Positions 10,647 to 20,995 of a stretch of 64,000 nt of DNA are shown piece by piece. Below the pieces are notes generated by a model. It had not been told where the DNA came from and ran no database searches. It was given only the letters and a program-made list of their open reading frames with translations. Position 1 is the first letter of the stretch; each line of letters starts with the position of its first letter. The DNA comes from Candidatus Omnitrophota bacterium (GTDB lineage: Bacteria > Omnitrophota > Gorgyraeia > B26-G9), in the NCBI GenBank assembly GCA_043806135.1, contig JAZDHG010000031.1, positions 1,110-65,109 of the forward strand, read 5' to 3'. The position numbers were made by a program, and so were the translations under genes.

Positions 10647-12050
10647 ATGAAAGTATTGTTTTGTAGTTCGGAGGTTGTGCCGTTTGCAAAAACAGGGGGG
10701 CTTGCGGATGTTGCAGGGACTCTGCCGCCGGCATTGGAAGCTGCCGGTGTGCAGATAAAGATTGTAATGCCGAGATACAAGTGTGTTGATGTTAAGAAAT
10801 TCAAGCTGAAAAAAATTGATGATGATACATTCTCAACTACGATCGGAAAGAATGTAGAGGTTTTGTTCCTTGAGAAAAAACGTTTTTTTGACAGAGACGG
10901 ATTGTATCAGCAAAATGGTCTGGATTATCCTGATAATCTGGACAGGTTTACTTATTACTGCCTGCAGACGCTTAATCTGATAAAGAAAATAAATTTTAAG
11001 CCTGATATTATTCACTGCAATGACTGGCAGACCGGGCTGATCCCGATTTATCTTAAAGAAACATTTAAAAGCGATCCGTTTTATAAAAACATAAAGATAG
11101 TTTTTACTATACATAATCTTGGATATCAGGGACTTTTCGCAAAAGAGGAATTTGCCATAACCGGATTGAGTAAAGAGCTGTTTTCAGTTAACGGGCTTGA
11201 ATTTTACGGTAAAATCAATCTGCTCAAAGGAGGTTTATTGTTTTCAGACCTCATTAGCACGGTAAGTCCGACTTACGCTAAGGAAATTCAAAGTGCTGAA
11301 TTCGGATGCGGGCTTGAAGGAGTTTTGCAGAAAAGAAAAAAGGATATTACCGGAATATTAAACGGTATAAATTATAATGAGTGGGATCCCATGAAAAATA
11401 AAACCCTGGTAAAGAATTATGGGCCTGATTCGATAGAAGGCAAATATGAAAATAAAGAGGACCTGCAAAAACTCGGCAAACTTAAGGTAGATAGGAAAAT
11501 CCCGCTTTTGGGAATAGTCACCAGGCTTGCGGACCAGAAGGGATTGGACATACTCGCAGAAGTAATCGAAGAGGTTGTGCAAATGCCGGTTCAGTTTATT
11601 TTGCTTGGTACGGGAGAGCTCCGTTATCATAAACTATTTGAAGTTATAGGGAATAAGTATAAGAACACATTGATTCATTTGAAATTCGATGCTACCCTTG
11701 CCTATAAGATTTATGCGGGCTCGGACATCTTTCTGATGCCTTCATATTATGAACCCTGCGGTCTCGGTCAGCTTATAAGCCTTAATTTTGGAACAATTCC
11801 TCTGGTGCGCAGGACAGGCGGACTTGCAGATACTGTGGAGGATTTTGATCCTTTTACTAAAAAAGGAAACGGGTTTGTGTTTTCCAATTATCAGGCAGGA
11901 GCCTTACTGGAGACGATCAAACGCTCTCTATGTGTTTATAATGATGCTAAGACTTGGAAGGAATTGATCACAAGAGCGATAAAAAGTGATTTTTCCTGGG
12001 AAAAATCAGCCAAAGATTATGTTAATCTATATAAAAGCCTTAAATCTTAG
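10647..12050 (+). CDS. glgA: Glycogen synthase
   Basis: KTGGLADV, HCNDWQ, TIHNLGYQG, PSYYEPCGL; start set at ATG 10647 after GGGAG. Confidence 0.95.
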   Translation: MKVLFCSSEVVPFAKTGGLADVAGTLPPALEAAGVQIKIVMPRYKCVDVKKFKLKKIDDDTFSTTIGKNVEVLFLEKKRFFDRDGLYQQNGLDYPDNLDRFTYYCLQTLNLIKKINFKPDIIHCNDWQTGLIPIYLKETFKSDPFYKNIKIVFTIHNLGYQGLFAKEEFAITGLSKELFSVNGLEFYGKINLLKGGLLFSDLISTVSPTYAKEIQSAEFGCGLEGVLQKRKKDITGILNGINYNEWDPMKNKTLVKNYGPDSIEGKYENKEDLQKLGKLKVDRKIPLLGIVTRLADQKGLDILAEVIEEVVQMPVQFILLGTGELRYHKLFEVIGNKYKNTLIHLKFDATLAYKIYAGSDIFLMPSYYEPCGLGQLISLNFGTIPLVRRTGGLADTVEDFDPFTKKGNGFVFSNYQAGALLETIKRSLCVYNDAKTWKELITRAIKSDFSWEKSAKDYVNLYKSLKS

Positions 12051-12060
12051 GTAAAAAGTC

Positions 12061-12669
12061 ATGATTATAATCGGCCTTACAGGAGGACTCGCCAGCGGCA
12101 AGACTAGGATAGCGAGGATGTTTGCTGCTCTTGGAGCACAAGTGTTGGATGCAGACGCAATAGCGCATAGGGCACTTTTTAAAAATACGCATTGTTATAA
12201 GCAGGTTATCAGAAAGTTCGGAAGAAGTATCCTGAATACGGATGGTTCTATAAATAGGAAGAAGCTTGCGCGGCTTGCTTTCGTGAGTAATAAAAAACAA
12301 CAGCATCTATGCTCAATTTTACATCCGTGGGTTTTTACCTACATAAGAGAAAAAATAAAAAAAGCAGAAAAAAATAAAACAGCTAAAGCAATTGTTGTTG
12401 AAGCGGTATTGCTGATAGAATCAGGCCTTTACAAGGAAATGGATAAAATCCTGCTTGTAAGGTCTACGAGGGCACAGCAAATAGCCAGAGCTGCTTTAAA
12501 ACGCAAGATGACTTCAGTACAGGCAAAACAGAGAATGCGTTTTCAGCTGCTTTTTGTTCAAAAGAGTAAGTATGCTGATTATATTGTTGATAATCGAGGT
12601 GTGTTAAAAGATACAGAAAAAAAAGTAAAAAAAATATGGAAAGAAATTTTGTTGAGAAATGATTTGTAA
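12061..12669 (+). CDS. coaE: Dephospho-CoA kinase
   Basis: IGLTGGLASGKT, DAD, LHP, ADYIVDN. Confidence 0.93.
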   Translation: MIIIGLTGGLASGKTRIARMFAALGAQVLDADAIAHRALFKNTHCYKQVIRKFGRSILNTDGSINRKKLARLAFVSNKKQQHLCSILHPWVFTYIREKIKKAEKNKTAKAIVVEAVLLIESGLYKEMDKILLVRSTRAQQIARAALKRKMTSVQAKQRMRFQLLFVQKSKYADYIVDNRGVLKDTEKKVKKIWKEILLRNDL

Positions 12670-12684
12670 AAGAAGGGGAGGAAT

Positions 12685-14082
12685 ATGAAACCAAAGCAGG
12701 AAAAAGTAAAACAGGTGAAAACCTCAAATAATAATAACAACAAGTTTTCCGCAGGCAGTAATGCCCACACCAGACCGGAGCAGTTTAATGAACGTCCGCC
12801 GCAAAAGCCTGAAGGGCATATGGATATCGGAGAACTGAAGGGGACCAGCGGTGCAAATCTTATTAAAATTGCCAAGGAGTTGAAGATAGCCGGAATAAGC
12901 GGCTCCAGAAAACAGGATTTGATATTTAAGATATTGCAGGCACAGGCGGAGAAAGCCGGAAATATGTTTGGCGAGGGGATATTGGAGGTGCTTCCTGACG
13001 GCTTCGGATTTCTGCGCTCGCCGAATTATAATTATTTGCCTTGTCCGGATGATATATATATTTCGCCATCTCAAATAAGAAAATTTGCTTTGAGGACAGG
13101 AGATACCGTTAGCGGCCAGATTCGGCCTCCGAAAGAGGGAGAGCGGTACTTTGCCCTGCTGAAAGTAGAGGCAGTTGATTTTGAAGCACCGGAGAAGGCA
13201 AAGGAAAAAATTCTTTTTGACAACCTGACGCCTCTTTATCCGGATGACCGTTTTATTCTGGAGACAAATCCGGAAGAGATTTCTACCAGGATCATGGATT
13301 TGCTGACCCCCATAGGCAAGGGGCAGCGCGGACTTATTGTCGCGCCTCCTTACAGCGGCAAAACAGTATTGCTGCAGAAGATCGCTAACAGCATAACTAC
13401 TAATAATGAGGATGTGATCCTTATCGTCCTGTTAATAGATGAGCGGCCTGAGGAAGTTACCGATATGCAGCGCTCAGTAAAAGGCGAGGTCATAAGCAGT
13501 ACTTTTGATGAGCCGCCTGAGCGTCACGTTCAAGTAGCGGAGATGGTTATTGAAAAGGCGAAGAGGCTTGTAGAGTGCGGTAGGGATGTAGTAGTATTGC
13601 TTGACAGTATTACCCGCCTGGCAAGAGCGCATAATACGGTTGTACCTCATTCGGGGAAAATATTATCAGGCGGAGTAGACTCAACAGCTTTGCAGAAGCC
13701 AAAGAGATTTTTCGGAGCGGCAAGGAACATAGAAGAAGGAGGATCGCTGACAATATTGGCGACTGCTCTTGTCGATACGGGTTCGCGAATGGATGAAGTT
13801 ATATTTGAAGAGTTTAAGGGAACCGGCAATATGGAATTACAGCTTGACCGCAATCTGTTCCAGCGCCGTATTTATCCGGCGATAGACATAAAGCGTTCAA
13901 ATACGCGTAAAGAAGAACTGCTGGTTAATCCCGATGAGCTAAAACTTATCTGGATACTGCGCAAGGCATTGAATGAACTGAGCTCTGTAGAGGCGATGGA
14001 GCTTCTTACCGGTAAACTAAAGAAAGTCAGCACGAACGCGGAATTTTTACTCAGCCTTGCTAAAAACGGACAAACCGGATAA
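12685..14082 (+). CDS. rho: Transcription termination factor Rho
   Basis: [50 protein letters not shown]. Confidence 0.98.
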   Translation: MKPKQEKVKQVKTSNNNNNKFSAGSNAHTRPEQFNERPPQKPEGHMDIGELKGTSGANLIKIAKELKIAGISGSRKQDLIFKILQAQAEKAGNMFGEGILEVLPDGFGFLRSPNYNYLPCPDDIYISPSQIRKFALRTGDTVSGQIRPPKEGERYFALLKVEAVDFEAPEKAKEKILFDNLTPLYPDDRFILETNPEEISTRIMDLLTPIGKGQRGLIVAPPYSGKTVLLQKIANSITTNNEDVILIVLLIDERPEEVTDMQRSVKGEVISSTFDEPPERHVQVAEMVIEKAKRLVECGRDVVVLLDSITRLARAHNTVVPHSGKILSGGVDSTALQKPKRFFGAARNIEEGGSLTILATALVDTGSRMDEVIFEEFKGTGNMELQLDRNLFQRRIYPAIDIKRSNTRKEELLVNPDELKLIWILRKALNELSSVEAMELLTGKLKKVSTNAEFLLSLAKNGQTG

Positions 14083-14287
14083 AGTAATGGGAAAAGAGTA
14101 AACTTTTAAAAGCATAGTTGACTAATAGTTAATTGTTTGGTAAACTTTGAGGCTCGTAATTATATAGAAAATATTCCGCCAAAAGGCGGTCTCATAAAAT
14201 GCAGCGGGACAGGCGGGATTTAATTCGGCCATATTATTTACATCATTATATTCTGTAAATAATGGCCTCATTAAAGGAGGAGAAAAC

Positions 14288-14485
14288 ATGAAAGAGAAGA
14301 TCCATCCGGAGTATAAAAAAACTACAATAACCTGTGCTTGCGGAGAAGTAATGCAGATATCCAGCACAAGAGAAAATATCAGAGTTGAAATTTGTAGTAA
14401 TTGCCATCCTTTTTATACCGGAAAACAGAAACTCGTTGATACGGCCGGCCGTGTAGAACGTTTCAAAAAGAGATATGCAAGATAA
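14288..14485 (+). CDS. rpmE: 50S ribosomal protein L31 (Zn-binding type)
   Basis: [19 protein letters not shown]; SD AAGGAGG. Confidence 0.97.
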   Translation: MKEKIHPEYKKTTITCACGEVMQISSTRENIRVEICSNCHPFYTGKQKLVDTAGRVERFKKRYAR

Positions 14486-15563
14486 GCAGATACTCTTTAG
14501 CAAATTCAAGGGTTTTCAAAAACGTTTTCAGTTTTTAGAAAATCAGATGGTTGACCCCCAAGTAATAAAGGATGTTGCCCTTTATCGGAAAATGGCAAAA
14601 GAAAGGGCCGGCCTTTGCGAGCGAATCGAAAAATTCAAGGAGATGGAAAAACTTGAAAAAGAGATTGCTCGTCTTGAAGTCATAGTTCACGAAGCTCGAG
14701 AAGAAAAAGAATTTCTTGAGCTTGTCGACTCTGAACTTGAAGAGCTCAGGCAGAAGCATAAAGATGTATATAGTGAACTTGAGGAATTTCTCATCGAGCA
14801 GGATCCCCGTGACAGTAAGGATGTAATCGTCGAAATACGGGCTGGTACAGGCGGAGAAGAGGCGGCTCTTTTTGTCGCTGATCTTTACCGTATGTATACC
14901 CATTATGCTGATAAATTTGGATTTAATGTCGAGATAATAAATTCAAACCCCACACCTATCGGCGGTTTTAAAGAAATTATATTTTCCGTGGAAGGGATTG
15001 GTGCTTTCAGGCAATTTAAGTTTGAAAGCGGTGTTCACCGTGTGCAAAGAGTCCCCAGTACAGAGTCATCAGGCAGGATTCATACGTCGGCTGTAAGTGT
15101 AGCTGTTTTTCCGGAAGCAGAAGAGATGGAGATCAAGATCAATCCGGCTGATTTAAAAATAGATGTTTACCGTTCTACCGGATCAGGAGGCCAAAGCGTA
15201 AATACCACTGATTCAGCTGTAAGAATAACTCATTTGCCTACGGGTACCGTGGTTACCTGCCAGGACGAAAGGTCTCAGATAAAGAATAAAGTAAAGGCGT
15301 TTAAAGTACTGCGGGCACGGCTGCTTGATAAGGCACAAAGTGAAAAAGAATCAAAAATCAAACAAGAACGCCGTATGCAGATAGGGACAGGTGACAGGAG
15401 TGAAAAAATACGCACATATAACTTCCCTGACCGACGGGTAACAGATCACCGTGTAGGCGTTACACTTTATAAGATAGAGCAGATATTAGAAGGTGAATTA
15501 GGTGAATTGATATCACATCTGGCCGAGGCAGAGAAAAAACTAAAGCTTAGTAAGGCAGAATAA
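14475..15563 (+). CDS. prfA: Peptide chain release factor 1
   Basis: [20 protein letters not shown] (PxT), GGQ, RTYNFP. Confidence 0.97.
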   Translation: MQDKQILFSKFKGFQKRFQFLENQMVDPQVIKDVALYRKMAKERAGLCERIEKFKEMEKLEKEIARLEVIVHEAREEKEFLELVDSELEELRQKHKDVYSELEEFLIEQDPRDSKDVIVEIRAGTGGEEAALFVADLYRMYTHYADKFGFNVEIINSNPTPIGGFKEIIFSVEGIGAFRQFKFESGVHRVQRVPSTESSGRIHTSAVSVAVFPEAEEMEIKINPADLKIDVYRSTGSGGQSVNTTDSAVRITHLPTGTVVTCQDERSQIKNKVKAFKVLRARLLDKAQSEKESKIKQERRMQIGTGDRSEKIRTYNFPDRRVTDHRVGVTLYKIEQILEGELGELISHLAEAEKKLKLSKAE

Positions 15564-15577
15564 GCCGTGCAATGTTT

Positions 15578-15678
15578 ATCCCGCATGCTTTGAAAACCCC
15601 AGCTTTTAAGCTGGGGATGAAAGCAACTCTGCGGGATTCCGCTCAGAAACCCCGGGCTTTAGCCCGGGTGAGCTTCAT
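15578..15678. repeat. Double palindromic element resembling joined IS200/IS605 ends (non-autonomous)
   Basis: Nested hairpin atcccgca-tgcttt-ccccagctt/aagctgggg-aaagca-tgcgggat, followed by cccgggct-tt-agcccggg-tgagcttca. Confidence 0.6.
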
Positions 15679-15907
15679 TTGTAAAAAGCACCTTATAAAA
15701 CCCAGAAATTACATTAGCTTGTGGTGAATAATATTAATCTTTTTGGTTGAAAGCAGTTATAAAAAGCCTCTATATGCCTCAGAGGGCATGCCTGCATTTT
15801 TTGTAACTGTTTCATCTCGAAAATCTTAACACTCTTCATCCGCAAACTAAGGCAAAATCCGGGTTAGAGGTGCATTTTTTTTAAGAAGGATAAATAGGAT
15901 AATATAT

Positions 15908-15958
15908 GGTTCTTTCTTGTTTAAGATGAACGAAAGAACCTGATTATACTGATTAAAA
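15908..15958 (-). repeat. Copy of the 'aatcaggttctt...taaacaagaaagaacc' hairpin repeat
   Basis: Reverse complement matches 44944-44994 and 54585-54635. Confidence 0.8.
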
Positions 15959-16069
15959 GCCCGATTATATGGGGTATTCTTAATTTGTTTTAATAACTTG
16001 CAAATCATTAAGTTATAGAAAACTATTCAACTTAATTAAGAATGGCCCAAAAAATGCCATTTTCAGGAA

Positions 16070-16479
16070 ATGCCTATGGAAAAGCTGGTAGCAGTGGTTT
16101 TGATCGCGTGTACAATCTCATTGATCTTGGTTAGAGGCATATATGCGCAGCAAAAAGGCGGCAGCCGTGTTATATATGAAGAAAGCACAACTTTAAAAGA
16201 TGCAAAACACCGGTCTAAAATTCTATCTGAAATAGAGGCGCAAAATTCTCAGGGTGCGGATAATCCGGAACAAAAAAAATGCCGACAGATGACTTAATGG
16301 AAAAAATCATGCCTCTTGTAAAGAAGTTTTTAGGCAAAGATGCGGCTGCTTTACTTAATGCGTATAAAAAGGGAAATGGTGATAAACAGAAGCTTGTTCC
16401 TGATGGACAAACGGATGAAGTCAAGTTTAAGGAATTCTTTGATGAGCACCAGTGGAAGGGATTAAGACGTTCAAAATAG
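16070..16479 (+). pseudogene. Putative secreted protein split by a frameshift in an A8 run
   Basis: ORF 16070-16297 (signal-peptide-like) and ORF 16279-16479 overlap at the A8 run 16272-16279; one extra A joins them. Confidence 0.45.
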
Positions 16480-16722
16480 CTTATAGTGAATAGCTTAAAA
16501 TTAAGTAGCTTTTCGACTTTGCTCAGGGTCCCGTGTGGAATCGAGGGACGAAGGCGAAAAATAAGTTACGAATGTGCTATCCTGAAATAGGTTGACAGAA
16601 AATAATGACTAAGATGCTAACTATTTGCCAATGCTAATATATTCATGGGGATGAGGTTGGAAAAAGTGTCAACTATTTTAGGACAAGACAACAGAGGATA
16701 GCATTTAGCGATTAGGAAAAGT

Positions 16723-17622
16723 ATGTTGGATATAAAAACTGGTAAAGGTCATGATATTCGTTATGCGATGAAATTGGCAATCAATGAGCTTGAGCAGGCC
16801 CATATCGCCTGTGCGCGCAAAGAAGCAGAGCTGCTGCTGTCAAATCTTTTAGATTGCGAGTTTGCCGTGCTTTATTTATCGATGGATAAAATATTGGAAC
16901 CTCAGATGCTAAACAAGTTTAAAGATCTTATTCGCAAGAGATGCCGAGATGTGCCTCTGCAATATTTAATGCGGGAAACTTGCTTTTACGGACTGAAACT
17001 TCATGTGGAAGAAGGAGTTTTTATCCCAAGGCCTGAGACAGAGGTTTTGGTTGAAAGAATTATTGAGTTGGTTCAGAAAAATATAAGAAAACCTGTGCGT
17101 ATGCTGGAGTTATGTACCGGTTCAGGAAATATTTCTGTTGCATTGACAAAAAACCTGCAATATTGTAAAATTATGAGTTCAGATATCAGTCCGCAGGCTC
17201 TAGTTATTGCCCGGCAAAATGCCAGAAGACATGGTCTTGATAATAGGATAGAATTCGTACAAGGAGACTTATTCTCGGCGCTATCTGAGCTAAAAGACCT
17301 CAATGACAGGTTTGATATAATTATTGCGAATCCGCCTTATATTGCCCATCAAGAGCTTAAGAATCTACCTCAAGATGTAGGTCATGAGCCGCAGAATGCA
17401 CTTGATGGAGGCAAAGACGGTCTTATGTTTTACAAAAATATAATTTCAGGATGTACCCCTTATTTGAAAAATGGCGGATACATTGCTTTTGAATTTGGAG
17501 ATGAGCAGAGGCAAAGTATTGAGGAAATTATTTGTAACAGTCAGTTTTTTGAAAAGCCGTTTTTTTTCTCTGATTTGAATGGTATAGTAAGATTTGTAAT
17601 CGCGAGGCGCTTTTGTGGATAA
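16723..17622 (+). CDS. prmC: Release factor glutamine methyltransferase
   Basis: PLQYL, FIPRPETE, LCTGSG, NPPY, ALDGG. Confidence 0.95.
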   Translation: MLDIKTGKGHDIRYAMKLAINELEQAHIACARKEAELLLSNLLDCEFAVLYLSMDKILEPQMLNKFKDLIRKRCRDVPLQYLMRETCFYGLKLHVEEGVFIPRPETEVLVERIIELVQKNIRKPVRMLELCTGSGNISVALTKNLQYCKIMSSDISPQALVIARQNARRHGLDNRIEFVQGDLFSALSELKDLNDRFDIIIANPPYIAHQELKNLPQDVGHEPQNALDGGKDGLMFYKNIISGCTPYLKNGGYIAFEFGDEQRQSIEEIICNSQFFEKPFFFSDLNGIVRFVIARRFCG

Positions 17623-18880
17623 AATTATTATCGAGGGCGGTGTCCCTTTAAGAGGGACGATTGAGATCAGCGGGGCAAAAAATGCCGCATTGCCTATTAT
17701 TGCCGCGACCTTGCTCACGGAAGAAAAATGCGTTATTAAGAATGTCCCGTCCTTGCGTGATGTTTTTACAATGATAAAAATTTTACGATCACTGGGTGTT
17801 AAGGCGCAAATGGACGGCGACAGGATTACGGTCGAGCCGAAAAAATATAAAAGCTATATTGCTGATTATAAGTTTGTAAGTACTATGAGAGCATCAATTT
17901 GTGTACTTGGTCCTCTTTTAGCAAAAAAGAAGCAGGCAAAGGTTTCTATGCCGGGCGGATGTGTTATCGGTCAAAGGCCTGTTGACCTGCATATAAAAGG
18001 TCTGCGCGCTTTAGGCGCCCGCATAAAAATAGAGCATGGTTATATTGTTGCAAGTGTAAAAAAACTGCAGGGCAATAATATATTTTTGGGCGGGGCCTAC
18101 GGCTCATCGGTTTTAGCGACATCGAATGTGTTAATGGCGGCAGTTTTAGCACGCGGCAGAACATTAATTGAAAACGCTGCCTGTGAGCCTGAGATCATTG
18201 ATCTGGCTAATTTTTTAATTAAGATGGGAGCAAAGATCAATGGGCAGGGAACACCCATCGTGGAAATTGAAGGGGTAAAGCGGCTAAATGGTGCAACCCA
18301 CAGCGTGATACCTGACAGGATAGAAACAGGAACGCATATTTTAGCGGCGGCAATTACCGGCGGAGAGTTGACTATAAAAAAAGCAAGGCTGGATCATTTA
18401 TCGGCGCTTATTGATAAGCTTTCTCAGATCGGTGTTAAGGTAACATCCGGTAATAATATGATACATGTTAAAAAGAAGACATCAGTTTTAAAATCCACGG
18501 ATATTACTACTTTGCCGTATCCTGGTTTTCCTACTGATATGCAGGCGCAAATGATGGCTCTTTTGTCAGTCAGTGAAGGTATAAGCGTTTTGACGGAAAA
18601 GATCTTCCCGGACAGGTTTATGCATGTTAGCGAATTGAACCGTATGGGAGCAAATATATTTTTGGAGGGGGCAAGCGCGATAGTTAAAGGGACAAAACGT
18701 CTTAGCGGAGCACCGGTTATGGCGTCAGATCTGCGGGCTTCAGCGGCACTTATCTTGGCAGGTCTTGTCGCTAAAGGAAAAACCGAAATATCGAGGATTT
18801 ATCACCTGGATAGAGGTTATGAAAGAATAGAAGAGAAGTTGATGAAAGTAGGAGCAAAAATAAAAAGAGTCAAAGAGTAG
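17615..18880 (+). CDS. murA: UDP-N-acetylglucosamine 1-carboxyvinyltransferase
   Basis: SGAKNAALP, PGGCVIGQRPVDLH, PGFPTDMQAQ, DLRASAAL, HLDRGYE. Confidence 0.98.
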   Translation: MDKIIIEGGVPLRGTIEISGAKNAALPIIAATLLTEEKCVIKNVPSLRDVFTMIKILRSLGVKAQMDGDRITVEPKKYKSYIADYKFVSTMRASICVLGPLLAKKKQAKVSMPGGCVIGQRPVDLHIKGLRALGARIKIEHGYIVASVKKLQGNNIFLGGAYGSSVLATSNVLMAAVLARGRTLIENAACEPEIIDLANFLIKMGAKINGQGTPIVEIEGVKRLNGATHSVIPDRIETGTHILAAAITGGELTIKKARLDHLSALIDKLSQIGVKVTSGNNMIHVKKKTSVLKSTDITTLPYPGFPTDMQAQMMALLSVSEGISVLTEKIFPDRFMHVSELNRMGANIFLEGASAIVKGTKRLSGAPVMASDLRASAALILAGLVAKGKTEISRIYHLDRGYERIEEKLMKVGAKIKRVKE

Positions 18881-19018
18881 ACACGAATAAACACGAATTA
18901 CACACTAATTAATATAAATATATCGATGTAAACAAGTAATGTTTTAAATCAGTGGTTTTTGTGTTAGATTTGTGAGAATTTGTGTATTTCGCGAAGCGAA
19001 ATTAGAGGAGGTGAGTAC

Positions 19019-19303
19019 GTGGCAGTTATTATCCGTTTAGCAAGACTTGGCGCAAAAAGGAAACCGCATCACAAAATTGTGGTAATTGAACAGCATAGAC
19101 CCAGAGATGGAAGGTTTATTGAAGAGATTGGATATTATGATCCTTCAAAAAATCCAGCTTTAGTAGAAGTTAAGGAAGACAGGGCAATGTATTGGATTAG
19201 TGTCGGGGCAAAACCAACACCTACAGTGAAAAGTATCTTTAAGAATAAAAAAATTCCGCTTAAAATAAAGCGAAGACAAGACTTAAAGAGCAAAGAGAAT
19301 TAA
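19019..19303 (+). CDS. rpsP: 30S ribosomal protein S16
   Basis: IRLARLG, RDGRFIEEIGYYDP, GAKPT; GTG start after GGAGGTG. Confidence 0.96.
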   Translation: MAVIIRLARLGAKRKPHHKIVVIEQHRPRDGRFIEEIGYYDPSKNPALVEVKEDRAMYWISVGAKPTPTVKSIFKNKKIPLKIKRRQDLKSKEN

Positions 19304-19491
19304 GTCTGATATTGAGCTTTACCTCGCCCTCTGCGCGATGTGTAGAGGTTTAGATGGAGGAGGATGGTATTAATAGTAAAAAGTAGAACCTGGCCAGGGA
19401 ATAGATTAGAGAGCGGGATTCAATTCGCGTGTACAATTTAAAAAAAATATTATTTCATAAATTGTGCGCTCACGGGAAAAGGAGGTAAGTC

Positions 19492-19821
19492 ATGATCAGG
19501 GGCCTTGTATTTTTATTAGTTTCGGGTGTACTTTTTTCTGTATCAGGCTGTACAATGTCTGAAGTTATGGGGGTTCAAAAGGAAAAACCGGTACGCTATG
19601 AGTCAAAGCCGAATTTAAGTGCAAAGGAAAATCATGATTTAAAGACTTGGTTGAATGCTGCTGAAACGGCAGATGAGGTCGGGGATTATAAAATGGCAAT
19701 TCTTTATTATACAAAGATTATGAATTACTTCCCGGACACAAAAGAAGGCGGACTAGCACAAAAGCGCCTTAAAGAGATAAACGGAAAGCCTAGTTTAGCT
19801 GAAGGAAAAAAATCTTTATAA
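19492..19821 (+). CDS. Small lipoprotein with a TPR-like C-terminus
   Basis: Lipobox VSGC; AILYYTKIMNYFPDT TPR_6-like segment; SD AAGGAGGT. Confidence 0.7.
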   Translation: MIRGLVFLLVSGVLFSVSGCTMSEVMGVQKEKPVRYESKPNLSAKENHDLKTWLNAAETADEVGDYKMAILYYTKIMNYFPDTKEGGLAQKRLKEINGKPSLAEGKKSL

Positions 19822-19851
19822 CGTTTTAAAACAGTAAAAAGAAATGTGCTT

Positions 19852-20520
19852 ATGAGGATTGATGTTTTAACTTTATTTCCTGAGATGTTCAAATGTGTTT
19901 TAGGAGAATCAATCTTAAAGAGGGCCCAGGAAAAAAAGAAGGCACAGATTTTTATCTACAATCTGCGCGACTGGACGCATGATGCAAGGCGTACCGTGGA
20001 TGATAAACCATACGGCGGCGGTCCGGGAATGGTTATTAAACCGGAACCTGTGTTTGAGGCGTGTGATGAGCTTTGTAAAGAAAACACGCATGTTATTTTG
20101 CTTACACCGCAGGGGAAAAAATATAATCAGAAATTAGCCAAAAAAATACTCAAGTATGAACATGTTTTACTTATTTGCGGGCATTATGAAGGTTTTGATG
20201 AGCGCGTCCATTCACTTGCAGACGAGGAGATCTCGATAGGTGATTATGTTTTGACAGGCGGCGAAATACCGGCAATGGTCATTATTGATACTGTTGTGCG
20301 GCTTATTCCGGGAGTGCTCGGTGAAGTTTGTTCTCTCGACGATGAATCTTTCAATGACGGCCTTCTTGAGTATGCGCAGTATACCCGGCCTGCGATTTAT
20401 AGAAAAATGGAAGTTCCGGAGATATTATTATCCGGGGATCACAAAAGAATAGAAAAATGGCGTAAAACGGAATCTTTAAAAAGAACAAAAGCAAAGAGAA
20501 AAGATTTATTAAAAGATTGA
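19852..20520 (+). CDS. trmD: tRNA (guanine-N1)-methyltransferase
   Basis: TLFPE, VDDKPYGGGPGM, CGHYEG, SIGDYVLTGGE. Confidence 0.98.
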   Translation: MRIDVLTLFPEMFKCVLGESILKRAQEKKKAQIFIYNLRDWTHDARRTVDDKPYGGGPGMVIKPEPVFEACDELCKENTHVILLTPQGKKYNQKLAKKILKYEHVLLICGHYEGFDERVHSLADEEISIGDYVLTGGEIPAMVIIDTVVRLIPGVLGEVCSLDDESFNDGLLEYAQYTRPAIYRKMEVPEILLSGDHKRIEKWRKTESLKRTKAKRKDLLKD

Positions 20521-20633
20521 TTAATGGTAGATCCCTTGCTTAAACAAAGGGGAAATTTTATTTTATAATTTCCCCTTAAGCTGCGGGATAAATTCTCCCG
20601 CCGAAGTGCGGCGGGATCATTAAGGAGGAAATA

Positions 20634-20990
20634 ATGGTAAAGAAGAAAAGCGATGAAACGAAAATAGCTAAGTTTGCGCCTGGCGATACCGTGAAAGTTC
20701 ATGTAAAGATCCAGGAAGAAGAAGGTAAAGTACGCATTCAGGTCTTTGAGGGAATAGTTATAAAAAAACGCGGCGGCGGAGCAGGCGAGACTTTCACCGT
20801 ACGCAGGTTGTCCTATGGTGAGGGAGTTGAGAGAATATTCCCTTTAAATTCACCGATCATTGATCGCATACAGGTTATACGTAAAGGTAAAGTACGCAGG
20901 GCAAGGCTATATTATTTAAGAGACAGAAAAGGTAAGAAGGCAAAGGTACTTGAGCAACAAGCGGAAGAGAAGCAAGAAGCCGAGGTATAA
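20634..20990 (+). CDS. rplS: 50S ribosomal protein L19
   Basis: [30 protein letters not shown]. Confidence 0.98.
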   Translation: MVKKKSDETKIAKFAPGDTVKVHVKIQEEEGKVRIQVFEGIVIKKRGGGAGETFTVRRLSYGEGVERIFPLNSPIIDRIQVIRKGKVRRARLYYLRDRKGKKAKVLEQQAEEKQEAEV

Positions 20991-20995
20991 ATCCT

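Noticed and set aside
12727-12741. Asn run in the Rho N-terminus
   Set aside because: Low-complexity N-terminal extensions are common in Rho.
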